A stretch of DNA of 64,000 nt from assembly GCF_006345805.1 (NCBI RefSeq), contig NC_042999.1:123380001-123444000 (forward strand), read 5' to 3'. This DNA is from Octopus sinensis (Eukaryota). Below, one piece after another: positions 1-13,640 of this stretch. Position numbers and translations under genes: made by a program. Below the pieces are notes generated by a model. It did not search any database. It worked only from the letters and a program-made list of their open reading frames with translations, and was not told the origin of the DNA. Positions within the stretch are counted from its first letter, which is position 1. Every line of letters starts with the position of its first letter.

Positions 1-65
1 TTCATTACCCCAATGATTATTTCTATAAAGGTATAAACAGATTTAAGTCTATTGTTATACAATAG

Positions 66-151
66 TAACTAATGTAACATCAGCTCCTCCAACATATGAC
101 TGGAATAATGAAGATGTTTATTTACAATTACTACTGACTGCGTCTGTTTTG
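66..151 (+). CDS. Candidate internal exon of an unidentified host gene
   Basis: ttgttatacaatag acceptor, open frame TNVTSAPPTYDWNNEDVYLQLLLTASVL, strong donor TTG|gtaagt; non-repetitive sequence. No partner exon or homology established. Confidence 0.35.
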
Positions 152-1259
152 GTAAGTGTGTATGCGTGCTTTTGAAAGAAGTTACCACTTGTGTTTCTTC
201 TGACACTTTTGCTTTACAAAGATAAAATAAACCAAAATGAGGTAGGAATATTTATAGTTTTTATTTATAGTCATATGTAATGAATAAAAAAATAAGCATA
301 TTATTTAAAAATGAAAAATTTCACTCATGAAGAAATGTTAATCACAGATCATTTAGAAATGAAACCCAAGTAATATACAATCATTTACACTAAACAATAA
401 CCACACCCTTCCAGTAAACAATGTAACTAACACAGGTTAAGATAAACTTCAGAAGCATTTACATGAAAATGCATTTTAGACATGGAAAAGTTAAATTGCT
501 GATCCTCAGAACTCCAATATACATGGTGTTTTAAAAGTATATCTTTAACACAGTTAACTATCTGGAATGAAGTTTGCATTCAGTAGCATTCTTAACCATA
601 TTTAACAAAACATTCAATTAACAAGCCATTCATCACTGAGAATTTCTAGTACTTACTACAAATGAACCAGGCTATCTTTTCGGTTCCTCGACTGCTATTA
701 GAACGATCTATGCTTTTATGCTTAAAAAGATCAAAAATTCTTTTGTTGATACACATTTTTTAAAACTATTCTATTACCTGCCAATTAATAATCTTAACAA
801 TTTCTGCAAAGGATTTAAGATGTTGGTTTATGCAGCTATCCAATTCTTTAAATGTTTAGATACTTCAATAGTTCTAACGCAGCTCAGTAAAAGAAAATTG
901 TAATGATGAGTATTGCTAGTGAATAAATTGGTACCTTTTAATTTTTTTCTTTTAAATTTGTTACTACTGTAAATTATTGACAGAGATAATATACTTTTGT
1001 TGATTACAAAATTTCTTGGGGAGAATTTTCCTATTGCCTATTCCTGGATTACGGAAAGATTTGATTCTAGTAGTGCATGTTATTCAGCAATTATACTGTA
1101 TCTCCTATTCTCACTGTTTAGTGAGCATAGACAGTTTGTACAAGATATACTTATATCACCAATTACAAGATATCAGGTGCGCATGTAGGACTATTTTGTT
1201 TTTAAAAAAGTACTAACTTTATTCATTGTAAAATATATTAGGTGTATGTGGTATATAGA

Positions 1260-2990
1260 ATAATATGAAAGTAGGATTTATTCAAATAAATGATATATCT
1301 TCCATAAACAAAATAATTAGAAGTGAATGTGGGAAACAGGAGCTGAAGAAGTGTATAAAAGTTTTAAAAAAACAAGATGTAAAGAAAACAGTAGCAAAGT
1401 TACAGAAAGCCAATCAAAAAATGTTTGAAGAATGTATGGATTCAGAGTTGTCAGAGATCAACTTGAAGGATTAAGTGGGAAAAATTGTGGATCCTCATAG
1501 AATTAAGGTAAGTTGAAAGAGATATATGGAGAGGTTGTTGAAAGTAGAGGAAGAATAAGAAGTCAATATGAATAACAACCATCTTCAAGGTTCAGTAGAA
1601 AAGATGAGAAAGCATTAGCAGTAATAGATAGTAAAAAAACAGAAGGGTCAACTACAGTTACAAGAGGAGTGATAAAGGCAGGGGTCAAGGTGAGAAGAAA
1701 ATAATTGATCTGTTGGATGGTAGTGAAAAAAAGGACCATATTCTAGAGGATCCAAAGTTGAGTATTCTCATTCTTCTTTACAGGATTAAACGGGATCCCC
1801 TGGTATGTGGCTCATTTAGTGCTATGAAGTTATTTGAAGCATGGAGTGAAGGTAGTGGGACAAGTCATAAAGAAAAGATCAATGAATTGAAGTTTGGATT
1901 TAAGCCAAGGAAAATTACTGATGCATTTTTCTTTTCAAGGCAATTATATGAGAAGTACAGGGACATGAGAGGGACGTAGCTTGCATTTTTGTTCAGAAGA
2001 AAACTTTTAATAAGGTGTATGTGAAGTAACATGGACACTGAGAGAGTTAAGAGAATATTGGTTTGTTTGAGTTGTGATGTTGATATGTAAGAGAACACAC
2101 AGTCATATACACAAAGGATAGGAACAATGGATTTGAAATGAAGGTTGGTGTGCACCAGGAGTCAATATTAAACCCACTACTATTTGTAGTTGTGATGGAT
2201 GTGCTGCCTTGAAGCATAAAGGAAGGTTTACCATGGAAGTTGCTCTAAACATAAGATCTGGTATTAATAGCAGACAGTAATAATGGATTGAAGTATTGGT
2301 GAAAGGAAAATATGAAACTAAATATCAGAAAGAGAAAGGTGATGACAAGTGGTAAGCATATGAGGAAATAGAAGAACAGGGAAGTGATTGTGGGCAGAAA
2401 GGGTGTTCATGTAAACTTCATTAAATGTGCAATATGCACTGGGTGAGTTCATAAAGAATGCAGTGGTATGAGAGGGTTATCAACCAATACAACAACTACA
2501 TTTAAGTGTGAAGTGCATTTGAGGCAAGCTGAAGATGGAAGGTACAAAAACATTTCATTCCTCAGGAAATTTTGAATTGGATAAGATGATTTAAACTCAA
2601 CAATCTATTTCTTTATTACCCACAAGGGGCTAAACATAGAGGAGATAAACAAGGACAGACACAGGTATTAAGTCAATTACATCGACCCCAGTGCGTAACT
2701 GGTACTTAATTTATCAACCCCGAAAGGATGAAAAGCAAAGTCGACCTTGGCGGAATTTGAACTCAGAACGTAACGGCAGACAAAATACTGCTAAGCATTT
2801 CGCCCAGCATGCTAACATTTCTGCCGGCTCACCACCTTACTCAACAATAATGACTAGAATGAGATGTGCATGGAAGAAGTTCTGGGAACTGACTCCTGTA
2901 CTAACGAGAACAGAAGCATTGCTAAAACTGAAGGGAAAGGTGCATACTGCATGTGTGAGGGGTGATATGGTTTATACCAGAGTACCTCCC
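1260..2990 (+). pseudogene. Degenerate RTE-clade LINE reverse transcriptase remnant, interrupted by a SINE at 2605-2838
   Basis: Broken frames with FGFKPRKITDAFF..QLYEKY, GVHQES.LNPLLF, LPWKLL, a Cys-rich segment, and RMRCAWKKFWEL..LKLKGKVHTAC; collinear with the intact RTE ORF at 27614-28531. Confidence 0.75.
2605..2838 (-). mobile_element. tRNA-derived SINE, family B
   Basis: Reverse complement of the 11927-12172 element; 10-bp target-site duplication actcaacaat at 2595-2604 and 2839-2848. Confidence 0.85.
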
Positions 2991-3745
2991 AAAACTGGAA
3001 ACAATTAAGTACTATCCCAGCCAAATTAGATCGCCCATGAAGAAAATCCAGCAATATCACTACATGTAATCACCATAAACTGTGAACTCAAAGTTGTACA
3101 ATCTTATCAGAATGAAAGACAACTCACAATAATGAAACACAACCAAATATATATATTCCATCAACAGCTACCTAATGGATATCACTATGGTTTTGACACC
3201 TGGGCTGTACCAATCAGCCCAGCGATGTCAGTAACATTAAAAACATAAATTCCGTATGGAAATCAATGAACAAGTAGGGTGAGTGAAACATTAGTACAAA
3301 ATGTCTATTATGCCAACACCTGCTTATTACAAATACTAGTATCAGAGAAAATGGAACTGGCGAATTTAAGATATTGAGTAAAACTTACTAAACAACTCAT
3401 TTATAACTTGGAAAATAATGACAACCCAAGGAGAAACAAACCTAGCACTTCAAACATATAGATTAAGTAATGAACATAGACCAATAGATATACTGTTTCT
3501 CATTCTATAACATATTCTAAAAATGAAAACACATGAAAAACAAAGGGAATATATACTAGTGGAACAATATACCTTTTTCCAATGCCCCTGAACCATGTGT
3601 AAAGGAAGTCAATATCTATTATTTTAGAAAATAAAATACTTGTTAAAAATAAAACAAATGTAAATAAATAATATAAAATTTAAATATGACACCTCCAAAT
3701 TATAGCAAATTACCTAACTGCAAACAATCCAAACAACTTGTTTAA

Positions 3746-4105
3746 TCATCATCATCATCATCATTAAACGTCCGCTTTCCATGCTAGCATGGGTTGGACG
3801 ATTTGACTGAGGGCTGGTGAACCAGATGGCGGCACCAAACTCCAATCTTGATCTGGCAGAGTTTCTATAGCTGGATGCCATTCCTAATGCCAACCATTCC
3901 AAGAGTGTAGTGGGTACTTTTACATGCCACCAGCACAAGGGCCAGTGAGGCGGTACTGGCAACAGCCATGCTCAAATGGTATTTTTTATGTGCCACCTGC
4001 ACAGGAGCCAGTCCAGCAGCACTGACAATGATCTCGCTCGAATATTTCGTCATGTGCTATCGGCACAAGTGCCAGTAAGGAGACGCTGGTAACGATCATG
4101 CTCGT
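3746..4105 (-). mobile_element. RTE 3'-tail element (5'-truncated LINE or non-autonomous derivative) with (GAT)n tail
   Basis: (atc)n then aacgtccgctttccatgctagcatgggttggacg...ctggatgcc..cctaatgccaacca, homologous to the RTE 3' UTR at 26982-27300. Confidence 0.8.
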
Positions 4106-5699
4106 AAAAGGGATAAAACGGCTACTGCTTAGGAGTAATTCAAACTAAACCTATATCTAACAAATAAATAATTATAGAAAGAATTTAAACTAAGTTTCCC
4201 ATAAAACCTATAAAAATTTAAAAAAGTGACTAAAACAAACCTAAATAGGATACAGAGTAATGAATGCTGAACAGCAGAAAAAGTTGGTAAAAATGGAAAT
4301 GAAAATGGTTCCGAGGATGAACAGGGTACCTCTGAGAAAAAAAAGGAAGACAATAAAATGCAGAGAATGATGGAAAGAGCATCAGTGATGGCTAGGTCAT
4401 ACAGTAAGAAAGGATGATGGAAATTAATATGAAATGAGAAAAGTGAGAAGAATATGAAGAAGGAAATGAAAAAGGAGTTGTTGAGGAGGGCTTTGGGGAT
4501 AGATCAGAATAAGCAAGATTGTTATAAGGTCTGTAAGGCTAACTCTTTTTTTATTGTAAACAACTATAGATACAACAAGCCATTGAGAGCTATGATATGC
4601 CAGAAATGACAACCATCCCTTTGTGTTCACTTTAAAAATGAAGGATATATATTGTAGTGTAGTGTTTGCAACATTGTTGCTAACTAAAAAAGGGAATAGT
4701 CAAAGTTGATTGTCTACTACTCAGAATTCTTCTTAGAAAGGTTATAAGATCATTCATTTTTTAAAATAACAAAAATAAAGATGATAAATTTGGTATTAGA
4801 AATTGTTACTTTGAAACTCTTTATAAAGAAAAAAAAATATCACCAATGTATTAGGATACTGATGACAAGGGAGAAGTTGGGCATTGGATTTGAGCAAAAG
4901 AAATTTCAGAAAGCCAGTCACTATTATTCAGAATTAATATTTTAATGTTGACTACCTTAGAGATCAATGGAGTTGATACAAAAATTTGGGGGATAATGAG
5001 GGATAAATTTCTTTTTGGATGTGCAAATACATTACAAAAAATATTTTCTATATTTTCCTTCATCTATATCAACAATGTAAACTGAGATGAATAGATTAAT
5101 AGTGGGAGTAAATGTCATGGTCATTCCAATAATGATGTTATATGTCTACCAAAAATTAGAATTGGTATTTTCTACAAGTTACACTTCAGTAAACTTGATA
5201 TATCTCAGTACAAAAGAGTTTCAAGCAAGACATTCCTCAATAAAAGATAGATTGGCATACAGAGCTACCTTCTACTGTTGAAATAAGGAAATTCTGAATG
5301 GATATATCTGATTTTCATGGTAAAATGGTTGAGACACTACATAACACCCGAACTATAGATTAATTCCTAAACCCAATACTGGTTATGAAATAAATTAACA
5401 AATTAGTCACTTTTTAGTCTATTATATTGGTCAAAGATCACAAGTTTAGGGGCAAGATAGGTCAGTTATATTGACAACAGTACTTAACTGATATTAATCA
5501 TATCACTGACTGAAAAAGGATAAAAGGCAAAGTGAAGCCTCATTGGGATTTCACCTTTTTTAGATTTCCATCAATTTTTTTTAGTCAATATTAAATATTT
5601 CCATGTTTATACATTAATACAAGCATCTTATTTTTAATGTAAGAAAATCTAGAATCATTACTAGAAATTATAATCTGGTCGAGTTTGTTTGGTCATTTT

Positions 5700-6480
5700 T
5701 AACCCTCACATGCCATAAACTTTAGTCCTGCATTAATTGAGGAGAGGAGGTCTTTGCAGAAGCATCCAATGTCTCTGATGAGTTGATCTATATACATTGT
5801 GTTTGGGAAACCTGCTTGCAAACAGCTATGCTTTGACATCCATAGCATTAAGTCATGTTTCAGCTCTTATTCAGCTCACCAGCAATGGTGGAAACAGGCA
5901 GGAGATCTCCATACAATTATTTCTTAGTGAGATGAGTTCTCCAAGATATGTTTAAGACTGTCCTTCAGATTCAGGTGATAGTTCCATCTAGCTTGAATTT
6001 AATTTTTTTGGTAAGTGTCCTGGCTGTTGCTCCATATAATGACTGACTCTACGATTACACGGAAAAAATTTCCGACAAGGTTGATTTCCAGACAACATCC
6101 AGTTGAGTACTGACCATTACTTTTGGCTATTTGAGTTTTTACATCCATTTCAATTGAAGCTATCTCAAAACCAAGGTATGTGAAATCATCAACTTGAATG
6201 ATGGGATCTCTGATGTTGGTGATGGATCCTTGCTGGTTGTGTGCAATGAACTTGGTTTTACTTGGATTAACAAATTGTCTATCTTGAACAGTTAATACTA
6301 GACTATGAGATAATTGGGTGGAGTTAGAGAGGAGGATTAAATCATCAGCATAGGTGACATCAGTTAATTTTTGAGCTAAATGTCTGACCAATATTCTTTT
6401 CATGAAGTATAAAATATGGGCTGTCTAAATTATCAAATGATGTTCTGAGGAAATGATCCAGAGTGAGTGTGTAGAGAAAA
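5700..6480 (-). pseudogene. Old non-LTR (RTE-like) reverse transcriptase remnant
   Basis: ORF 5999..6403 contains LTDVTYADDLILLS, VNPSKTKFI, VDDFTYLG. Confidence 0.75.
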
Positions 6481-7093
6481 ACTAGAAATCAGTGTAACAT
6501 ATTAGAAATTAATAATTGTTACCAGTAAACTTTTGATAAAAACTTTAGCAATGTTACTGATTATAGAAAAGCAAAACAAATAATCACTAGATACACATAT
6601 AAGAGCATTGTGTGACAATTTATCCTAAACTCATTTATCTTTCATCTACCACAGGCATCTATATTAATTTTGAGCATATAAATAAAATTTGCTTTTTACA
6701 ATTACTTGAGTAAAAAGAAACACAATCTATTTTGTGATAAAGTGTATGATGCATGTAAGTGATAAAAGAGAGATAAGGCAGTGCTCCAGCATGGCCATGG
6801 TTCATGAAAACCAAATTGTGGAAACTAAATAATATTCTTAATGGTTTGGAATTAAGAAATAAATGGCTCATGTAGTATGTTATATTGAATTAGGTTACAA
6901 AAATATAAATTCAATACAATATATGCTGAGTGAACAAGATATAAATCTTGAAAAATTATGGATGGCAATCTAAATGAAAGGCAATGTGATCCATACAGAA
7001 GTTAGCGAAGTAGTGAAGTTTTCATCTGGTTGTTAAACATGCATACAAATATAGATGTCTATGAAGATACACACACTCACACACATGTACATA

Positions 7094-7131
<38 letters not shown>

Positions 7132-7717
7132 TACATACAAACATATACACATAAAAACATATTTATATAGCTTTATAACAATATATGGGTCAGTAGGTAA
7201 AATGTTCATTTTGCAACCCTATACTTCTGGTTTCAGTTCCAATGCAAGACAACTTAGTCAAGTCTCTTCTACTAAAATTCAAGTGGACCAATGAATTGTG
7301 AAAGGATATAAATACAAGCATTGGTGTGTGAGTGTGCATGTATGTGCATTTGTGTGAGTTTATGTATGTATGTATGTATATATATATACATATATATATA
7401 TAAGTAAAAATCATCATCATCCGTATCATTGTTCTGCTGTCCATGATTCCATGCTTGCAGGGATGAGACAAGTTTTGAAACAGATTTTCTAAATCCAGAG
7501 GCTCTTCTTTGTCATCCTACACTTATTTCTAAGGTAAATATTTTCTCATAGCTGAACATGCTTCTATGCAAGACTAGAAATGAAAGACCTTACTTGTATG
7601 ACAGTAACGCTTGCTTGCAAGTATGTGTTATTTGCAAGATCCAATTGAATCAAGATATTTGTTCATCAATAAAAAACATGTATGAAATGGCTGCAGTGAA
7701 ACTTGACCTATTTGTGT

Positions 7718-7749
<32 letters not shown>

Positions 7750-7848
7750 TGTGTGTGTGTATATGTAATATTAGAGCCTCATGTCATAAACAACTGATAA
7801 GGGTTTGACAATATTTTGCTGAACAATATGCATGGATCTAATGTTTGT

Positions 7849-8081
7849 TATTTCTTTATTGCCCACATGGGGCTAAACATAGAGGGGACAAACAAGGACA
7901 GACAAAAGGATTAAGTCGATTACATCGACCCCAATGCAAAATTGGTACTTATTTAATCGACCCCGAAAGGATGAAAGGCTCAGTCAACCTTGGTGGAATC
8001 TGAACTCAGAATGTAGCGGCAGACAAAATACCACTAAGCATTTCGCCCAGCGTGCTAATATTTCTGCCAGCTCGCCGCCTA
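7849..8081 (-). mobile_element. tRNA-derived SINE, family B
   Basis: Same family as 2605-2838; 17-bp TSD atggatc(t/c)aatgtttgt at 7832-7848 and 8082-8098. Confidence 0.85.
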
Positions 8082-8301
8082 ATGGATCCAATGTTTGTAA
8101 TGTACATTTGCTTACTCCCTCCGACAAATCAACATTGACTGTACAGGTGTATAGAAAGCCACATGTCAGATGTCAAAGGAGGCACTGAGTGATGAGAAAT
8201 GAAGTATTTTGCTCAAGAACACAGTGCAGTGCCAGTTCTAGGAACTGAAACCATTTTTCAATTGTGAGCATGACATTCTGACTGGTAGGTCACACACAAT
8301 C

Positions 8302-8332
<31 letters not shown>

Positions 8333-8613
8333 GATGTCACTGTGACCGACCAGGCTATCAGTTGTTGCTACACATCGCTGGTCATAATGCGCTTTGCATT
8401 CTTTTAGCTTTCAAATGACGCCACCTCGCTGGCTAAGTGAGCAGGCCAACAAGAAGAAAGATTGAGAGAAAGTTGTGGCGAAAGAGTACAGCAAGGATTG
8501 CCACCACCCCCTACCAGAGCCACGTGGAGCTTTAGGTGTTTTCGCTCAATAAACACTCATAATGCCCAGTCTGAGAATCAAAACTGATCCTACGACCACA
8601 AGTCCGCTGCCCT
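8333..8613 (-). mobile_element. Probable SINE of a third family, between (TA)n tracts
   Basis: GC-richer ~280 bp island with a degraded tRNA-like head at the right end; single copy in this window. Confidence 0.4.
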
Positions 8614-8670
8614 ACATATATATATATATATATATATGCCTCCACATATATACATATGCGTGTGTGTGTT

Positions 8671-8701
<31 letters not shown>

Positions 8702-8712
8702 TATATATATGT

Positions 8713-8843
8713 ATTTATTTTATAGAAGGAACTTCTACAGGACTAGAACTGTTTCATTCAGAAGAAATCATCATCAGCTTCCTGATGATTTCTTCTGAAT
8801 GAAACAGTTCTAGTCCTGTAGAAGCTCCTTCTATAAAATAAAT
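8713..8843. repeat. Fold-back inverted repeat (~60 bp arms)
   Basis: tttattttatagaagga..gtttcattcagaagaaatcatc is mirrored by gatgatttcttctgaatgaaac..tccttctataaaataaa. Confidence 0.95.
8776..8826 (+). ncRNA. Type I hammerhead ribozyme motif with intact core
   Basis: Stem I AGCTTC/GAAGCT, core CTGATGA 8782-8788, short stem II (TTC/GAA), GAA, stem III ACAG/CTGT, GTA cleavage triplet ending at 8820. Confidence 0.75.
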
Positions 8844-9292
8844 TAATTTACTCTGCTATGTATTGAGTACCTTATTTACTGTGGTTAACCCCGACTCAAC
8901 CCGGGACCTACATATATATATATATGTATGTAGATTGATAGATAGATGTAAGGCTGGATAAATTTGCATATGGGTAAGCATGTGAATGAATGGTGATTCT
9001 GCAATACTTCATTAAAACCATTTGAGTGAAAGAAGAAAAAAAAGCAATGCATGTAGAACAAAAGATGAGTGAGAAATAAGAGAATGAACATAACTTATTT
9101 GAGAAACAAGGAAATAATGACAGGAAAAGTATCAGATAAGAAAAGAAGCTACAATAAGAATTGTTCAACTCATGTCAATTTGGAAAACGGACATTAAATG
9201 ATGTTGAGTTTTTATATGTAATATGTTATATATAATATGTGTACATACGCATATTATAAAGCATATATATATATATATAAGTATATATGTAT

Positions 9293-9350
<58 letters not shown>

Positions 9351-9440
9351 ATGCATTATATGTTATATCTATATATCTATGCATTTACGTACATATATGT
9401 ATATAGAGATATCTGTATATGTATATAAAGAAATATGTAT

Positions 9441-9482
<42 letters not shown>

Positions 9483-9557
9483 GGAGAGAGAGAGATGTAT
9501 GTTTAAAAACATATTTATATAGATCTTTATATATATGTATTTAGCTATATACATGTA

Positions 9558-10109
9558 TTGGGTTGTCCAGAAAGTTTGTGCCGATTTATAGTAGCTTACC
9601 TTTCGACTTATTTTAGAACATGGTTCAGTCCATAAAATAGGATTTGACTACACCTCCATTTAGAGCACAGTTTAAGCTATCTTTTCGTGGAAGAAGGTTT
9701 ATGTTCCTATAACCTGTGTTAATTCTGTAACCCTTTAAATTGGAAGATAATAAAGTTCATTTTCGGCACTTGATGCTTTGGAACCAGAAAAAAATTGCTG
9801 CAGCTTGGCTGGTATGTGTTACCCAACCCTCCATATTTACCAGAATATTTCCACTTATTCAGGTCTCTGCAGAATAGTCTTGATGGTAAAATTTTCAATT
9901 CCTTGGATGACATAAAAAGATACCTTGATGAATTCTTTGTCATGAAACCACCCCAGTTCTGGGAAGAGGGTATTTTCAAGTTAAAGGAAAGATGTAGATG
10001 CATTGTGCAACAAAATGGTTCATATTTGGTTGATTAAAAATGTAATGGCAAGTATTTATTGAATTTTTTCTTTCCTTTAAAAATCAGCATGAACTTTCCG
10101 GAAACCCAA
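9558..10109 (+). mobile_element. Internally deleted mariner element (copy 1)
   Basis: TA-flanked imperfect TIRs ttgggttgtccagaaagtttgtgccgattt / aaatcagcatgaactttccggaaacccaa; transposase C-terminus LGWYVLPNPPYLPEYFHLFRSLQNSL..GIFKLKER..IVQQNGSY. Confidence 0.9.
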
Positions 10110-10342
10110 TATATAGATAGATACTGTTTGTTCTTTGAATTGACTATATACATATATATATATATATATCAATAATAATAATAATAAGGGTTATTACAAA
10201 GTAGCATTAGTATTACCTTTAATTTCCATATTTATATATACAGCTTCAAACAGACCTACACATGTTTCTACTTCATTGATAAGTAACTATTGCAATTGCA
10301 ACCTTACAATAATACCTGTGCACACACACACACACACACACC

Positions 10343-10378
<36 letters not shown>

Positions 10379-10468
10379 ATGCATTATATGTTATATCTAT
10401 ATATCTATGCATTTACGTACATATATGTATATAGAGATATCTGTATATGTATATAAAGAAATATGTAT

Positions 10469-10508
<40 letters not shown>

Positions 10509-10583
10509 GGAGAGAGAGAGATGTATGTTTAAAAACATATTTATATAGATCTTTATATATATGTATTTAGCTATATACATGTA

Positions 10584-11134
10584 TTGGGTTGTCCAGAAAG
10601 TTTGTGCCGATTATAGTAGCTTACCTTTCGACTTATTTTAGAACATGGTTCAGTCCATAAAATAGGATTTGACTACACCTCCATTTAGAGCACAGTTTAA
10701 GCTATCTTTTCGTGGAAGAAGGTTTATGTTCCTATAACCTGTGTTAATTCTGTAACCCTTTAAATTGGAAGATAATAAAGTTCATTTTCGGCACTTGATG
10801 CTTTGGAACCAGAAAAAAATTGCTGCAGCTTGGCTGGTATGTGTTACCCAACCCTCCATATTTACCAGAATATTTCCACTTATTCAGGTCTCTGCAGAAT
10901 AGTCTTGATGGTAAAATTTTCAATTCCTTGGATGACATAAAAAGATACCTTGATGAATTCTTTGTCATGAAACCACCCCAGTTCTGGGAAGAGGGTATTT
11001 TCAAGTTAAAGGAAAGATGTAGATGCATTGTGCAACAAAATGGTTCATATTTGGTTGATTAAAAATGTAATGGCAAGTATTTATTGAATTTTTTCCTTCC
11101 TTTAAAAATCAGCATGAACTTTCCGGAAACCCAA
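10584..11134 (+). mobile_element. Internally deleted mariner element (copy 2, within the tandem duplication)
   Basis: Near-identical to 9558-10109. Confidence 0.9.
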
Positions 11135-11347
11135 TATATAGATAGATACTGTTTGTTCTTTGAATTGACTATATACATATATATATATATATATATCAAT
11201 AATAATAATAATAAGGGTTATTACAAAGTAGCATTAGTATTACCTTTAATTTCCATATTTATATATACAGCTTCAAACAGACCTACACATGTTTCTACTT
11301 CATTGATAAGTAACTATTGCAATTGCAACCTTACAATAATACCTGTG

Positions 11348-11381
<34 letters not shown>

Positions 11382-11439
11382 CATATATATAAATATGTAA
11401 TAAATAAATGTGCTAAATAATGCATAATACATATATATC

Positions 11440-11853
11440 TTTTATCTTTTACTTGTTTCAGTCATTAGACAGCAGCCATGCTGGGGCACCAACTTGTAGA
11501 ATTTTTAGCCAAATGTATTGACCCTAGTACATATTTTTTAAAAGTCTGGTACCTATTCTATCAGTCTTTTTTTTTTTGCCGAACTGCTAATTTACAGGAT
11601 GTAAACACCCTGGCACCAGTTGCCTAGTGGGGGTGGGGGAGAGAAACAAAGATACAAAAATGTAGATACACACTCACACACACATATATATATGACAAGC
11701 TTCTTTAAGTTTCCGCCTACCAAATCCACTCAAAGTGTTGACCGGCCCATCACTATAATTGAAGACACTTTCCCAAGGTACCATGCAGTGGGATTGAATG
11801 CCAAATCATGTGGTTGGAAAGCAATCCTCTTACCACACAGCCATGCTTGTGCC
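11440..11853 (-). mobile_element. tRNA-derived SINE, family A
   Basis: Reverse complement of the ggctgtgtggtaag..gactgaaacaagtaaaaga family (compare 52717-53106). Confidence 0.8.
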
Positions 11854-11926
11854 TATATATATGTGTGTGTGTATCACAAATTTATTAATGTGTGTGTGTG
11901 CATGCATGTAACAATAATTGGTTCTA

Positions 11927-12172
11927 GGCAGCGAGCTGGCTTCAGGTGGTGAGCTGACAGAAACGTTAGCATGCCAGGCAAAATGTTTAGTGGTATTTCA
12001 TCTGCTTTTACGTTCTGAGTTCAAATTCTGCCGAGGTCGACTTAGCCTCTCATTCTTTGGGGGTCGATTAAATAAGTACCAGTTATGCACTGGGGTCGTT
12101 GTCATTGACTTAATCCCTTTGTCTGTCCTTGTTTGTCCCCTCTGTTTAGCCCCTTGTGGGCAATAAAGAAAT
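11927..12172 (+). mobile_element. tRNA-derived SINE, family B, inserted in the left PLE arm
   Basis: ggcagcgagctggc..cagaaacgttagc..gagttcaaattc (B box)..ggggtcgattaaataagtaccag..taaagaaata; TSD aataattggttcta at 11913 and 12173. Confidence 0.85.
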
Positions 12173-13092
12173 AATAATTGGTTCTAGGATTGAAAATGTA
12201 CCAAGGTTTTAAAACGAATTTAAGATTTTCTTTAAATTTTAAAAATACTTTACAGTATCATATCAGTTTCCACAGCTTGTATGTTTCCAGTGGAAAATAA
12301 ACAAAATGTAAAAGGTGAAACATTAAAATAAAGAAAAAGCACAAAAAATGTTTCATTGCAATAAACTATGCTCAAAAAACAATTGTTCAATAGGTTTCAT
12401 AACAAAATTACATGATGAAAATTCATGTGTTCAATAAGCTTCGCAGCAATAAGAAATAATGGAAGTTCAAATTTGTAACAAATTTCATAGTAATTATGAT
12501 AGAAATCTGAAAGTTCAGTTTGAAATGCATGATATAAATTTAAGATTCATACCAGTGAATTATGTTAGCAATTAGACATGATGAAGATTTTAAAATATAG
12601 GAAAAAAAAACTTTACAGATTCTGTTGTATTGTGTGAAATAGAATTGTTTACTGTTTGTTTTACTAGTTTAAATGTGGAACTTGAACTTTATTTCAAGCT
12701 GATATATGTAGATTTTAAGACATAGGTTCAAGTACAGATTGGCTACTTACTCAAAGACATCACTTGATTTTGTCTGCCTGTAACCTAGTGTTCTAGTTAG
12801 CTGACTGCTTGGGTACATCATTTGTTTATCATATATTTTAATCACTTGTTTTTGTCTGACAATATGTGGGTGTCATTTGTTAATCAAATGTTCTGGCCAC
12901 TTAATTCTGTCTGACAACAGTCTAGTGTTGTGTTCCAGTTGGCTGTTTCCCTTGAGAGTTAACTTGTTTTGCAGATGGCCTATTTAGCTGAATACTTTAT
13001 AGCACCACTTATTTTTTCCTATTTTCTCTTACAATTTGGTTGTAACCAAAACCAAAATTCAATTAGTCAACCGTAGCATGACATCAGTAGAC

Positions 13093-13640
13093 CATCATCA
13101 TCGTTTAATATCCGCTTTCCATGCTAGCATGGGTTGGACGATTTGAATGAGTGCTAGCGAACTAGATGGCTGCACCAGGCTCCAATCTTGATCTTGCAGA
13201 GTTTCTACAGCTGGATACCCTTCCTAATGCCAACCACTCTGAGTGTGTAGTGGGTGCTTTTATGTATCATATCAGTTTTATGTGCCACTGGCATGGGGGC
13301 CAGTCAAGTGGTACTGGCACCGACCTCGCTCGAATCTTTTTACACATGCCACCTGCACAGGTGCCAGTAAGGCAACGCTGGTAACAATCACGCTCAAATG
13401 GTGCCTTTTATGTGGCACCGGCACAGAAGCCAGTTAGCTGCTCTGGCAATGATCACGCTCAGATGGCGCTTTTAGCACCCTACTAGCACGGGGAACAAGT
13501 AACAGTAAGGCGACGCTGGTAACAATTGCACTTAAATGGTGCCTTTTATGTGCCACTGGCACGGAAGCCAGTTAGCTGCTCTGTCAACGATCACACTTGT
13601 ATGGTGCTCTTTGCACCCTGCTAGCATGGATGCCAGTCAA
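13093..13640 (-). mobile_element. RTE 3'-tail element inserted in the left PLE arm
   Basis: catcatcatcgttta..ctttccatgctagcatgggttggacg plus internal subrepeats; PLE arm homology resumes after ~13640. Confidence 0.8.

Larger units (their letters stand above)
9293..11350 (+). repeat. Near-identical tandem duplication, period ~1025 bp
   Basis: ORFs 9795..10037 and 10820..11062 are identical; unit boundaries fall in (CA)n tracts. Confidence 0.95.
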
